DNA from: Bigelowiella natans CCMP2755
Lineage: Eukaryota; Protista; Cercozoa
Assembly (NCBI GenBank): GCA_000320545.1
Contig: ADNK01001956.1
Coordinates: 23,238 to 87,237, forward strand
Direction of reading: 5' to 3'
Length of the DNA stretch: 64,000 bases
Shown: positions 61,931 through 64,000 of the stretch, in pieces
Layout of the letters: each line of letters begins with the position of its first letter
Position numbering within the stretch: the first letter of the stretch is position 1
Program-made: the position numbers and the translations under genes
The notes under the pieces: model-generated
Databases searched by the model: none
Told to the model about the DNA's origin: nothing
Seen by the model: only the letters and a program-made list of their open reading frames with translations

Positions 61931-62771
61931 TAATCATCAAGGTAATGTGTTAATAATAACGCAATTTTATTCAGATTTAGATATTCACTACTATGACGGC
62001 TACTACTCCTACCTTTTATGGCTTTAAAAGCGCTAGAAGAGGCCGGGATGTGCAGAAACGGGAGAGACGACAGCGGGTTCTCCCTTACAGGAAGATAGCT
62101 GGTTTGATGCGTTTGAGATGTGGTGTTCATCATCTTGTTATGTGATGATGATGAAGGTGATGCTACTGATGGGATTGCTGGTGAAGATGAAAATACAGCA
62201 GCTGTAGGTATTGATGACATTCCGCTCTCGCTATTGTCTTTGAGTTCTGCTGAAGAAGAGTTGGTTTTCTTACTGATCTCCACAGAAAGATATGGATTAT
62301 TCTTGTTGATGAGAGTGTGATAAAATTTGAGAAGTGCATCCTTTCCTCTCTCTGCGACCTAAGCGGTGCGATGATAGCATTGAAGAGTGGGAGGAGGAGG
62401 AGAGAGTCATTATTTGTTACAACTTCAGCACCACCCTTGCCGCCAATATGCTTTCTCATCGTATTGCTCATTTGCTAGTAAGAATGAAGAAAAAACAGAT
62501 TGCTTTCTCCTCTCATTTTCATCTTGATCTTTTTCGTCAATTTTCACCTTCCTGAGGTTATTGATTTCATTTATTCGGCGTCCAAATTCATACTGCTTTG
62601 ACATAATCTGGTCCCAAACCTATGATTCATTATCATCATTATCATCAAAATTGAAAGAAGAAGAAGAGGAAGAAGATGAAATGTGCACAAAACATTCTAC
62701 TATAATAGTCCCTACTGTGATGATAGACGGCACCCATCACAACCGAGATGGATTATATAGACAGCAACACT

Positions 62772-62807
<36 letters not shown>

Positions 62808-62869
62808 AATGTCTGTGTTTTGATGAGTTCGCTGTCATAATCTATTATACTACATATCGTCAACACGCA

Positions 62870-62902
<33 letters not shown>

Positions 62903-63262
62903 GATATTGTTATCAGCACCTCTTCTGTAACACCACCCATGTTGGTAGGCTGTTTAGACAGACTTTCTATCTGTGCTTCGATCATCGTTTTGAATTCGTC
63001 GTTAGACATATTGTCTATAATGTCAGTCAAGTTGTTGGTGATAAATGAGTGGATTCGGTCGGCAAGAATATGAGCTGGTTTTGCAGCACTTTGAACCTGG
63101 AAAAACGATCAAAAGGTAACAATAAGTTTTAATATCTAGCACAATAAGGCAAGTAGTAGTAGTTTTAGTAGTAAATTGTATCAATCTATGCATATAAATT
63201 ATATTTATATTGATTTGCAAGTATGTGCATCATTTCAATATCAAATTTAGAGATAAGAATAA

Positions 63263-63309
<47 letters not shown>

Positions 63310-64000
63310 AGGGGGGAGGGGGGGGGAAGGAAGACTCGGAGCTACATATGTCCTTAGTACTTTTGTCCCTATCATTATCATTTGTTTTCGAACACTGACA
63401 ACATGATTGCGTAGTGATCTTCAGCACTATCATCATCGTCATCATCATAATCATCATCATCATCATAATTCCACCTGTACGATTAGGCCCAAGACATGAT
63501 TACTACTATCTGAGGTTGCAGATGCAATGTAGCCAAGCTGTTCTATTGTCCGAAGCTGATGAAAGGCTGCTTGATGTGCTATCGACTCTAGAATGGATAC
63601 TAACACTCTTGAGTATTCAAAGTCTTCTTCTAACCCAAGTTGGTAGTATGCAGTAGCGGCAGAGTTGAGATTGTTCGCATCTTGCCCCTCCCCAATTATA
63701 GACCATCTTTGCTGCTGCTGCTGCTGCTTTTGTGCTCCTCGGATACTAATGCTGCTGCTACTACTTCTTCTTCTACTACTACTAGTTGTAGTATAGGTGC
63801 TGGTATTATTATTTGTTTGTCCTTCTTCCCTTGGTGAGGTAGTAGTAGTATATTGCATGTTTGTTTGCGAGATGTCAAGAATCCTCCGTGCCTGAGGAGG
63901 CGCAAATTGTTGTTTTGGAATCAAGATGCGCATGATCTCTAATATCTGCCCTTCCACCCCCCCCCCCACTGCCCCTCTGTCTCTCCTTTAAAAAAATAAC
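61930..64000 (-). CDS. 3' part of an M16A (insulinase/IDE-like) peptidase; 5' part lies outside the window; exact stop uncertain
   Basis: NSAATAYYQLG, AFHQLRTIEQLGYIASA, GLIVQ/VQSAAKPAHIL and WDQIMSKQYEFGRR match the C-terminal M16 domain. Confidence 0.85.

Overview
Intron-dense nuclear DNA of a microbial eukaryote: GT-AG introns, many filled with tri- and dinucleotide microsatellites, and several proteins with signal peptide plus transit-peptide-like leaders. This fits an alga with a complex plastid, such as a chlorarachniophyte, but the taxon is an inference. About 12 spliced host genes were reconstructed by eye: an uncharacterised leader-bearing gene, SHMT, histidine acid phosphatase, SET-domain protein, GH81 beta-1,3-glucanase, pyruvate kinase with an EF-hand-like N-terminus, a TLC-BtaA-BtaB betaine-lipid synthase fusion, PGM2, a 6-EF-hand protein, an NSUN-type RNA m5C methyltransferase, SLX1 and part of an M16 peptidase. 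The main signal is compositional. Transposon-derived and some intergenic islands (about 9.9-14.95, 26.3-26.9, 35.3-37.0, 51.2-52.1 and 60.65-61.9 kb) have lost the dinucleotide TpA. I found none across about 4 kb of nested LTR/LINE relics. Four internal controls point to TA being converted to TG or CA on both strands: conserved Tyr replaced by His/Cys, fossil (CTAA)n microsatellites, a repeat family showing TA, CA and TG at one homologous site, and a mutated target-site duplication. CTAG is the last context to survive. This looks like a repeat-targeted A:T-to-G:C hypermutation system, the chemical mirror image of fungal RIP.
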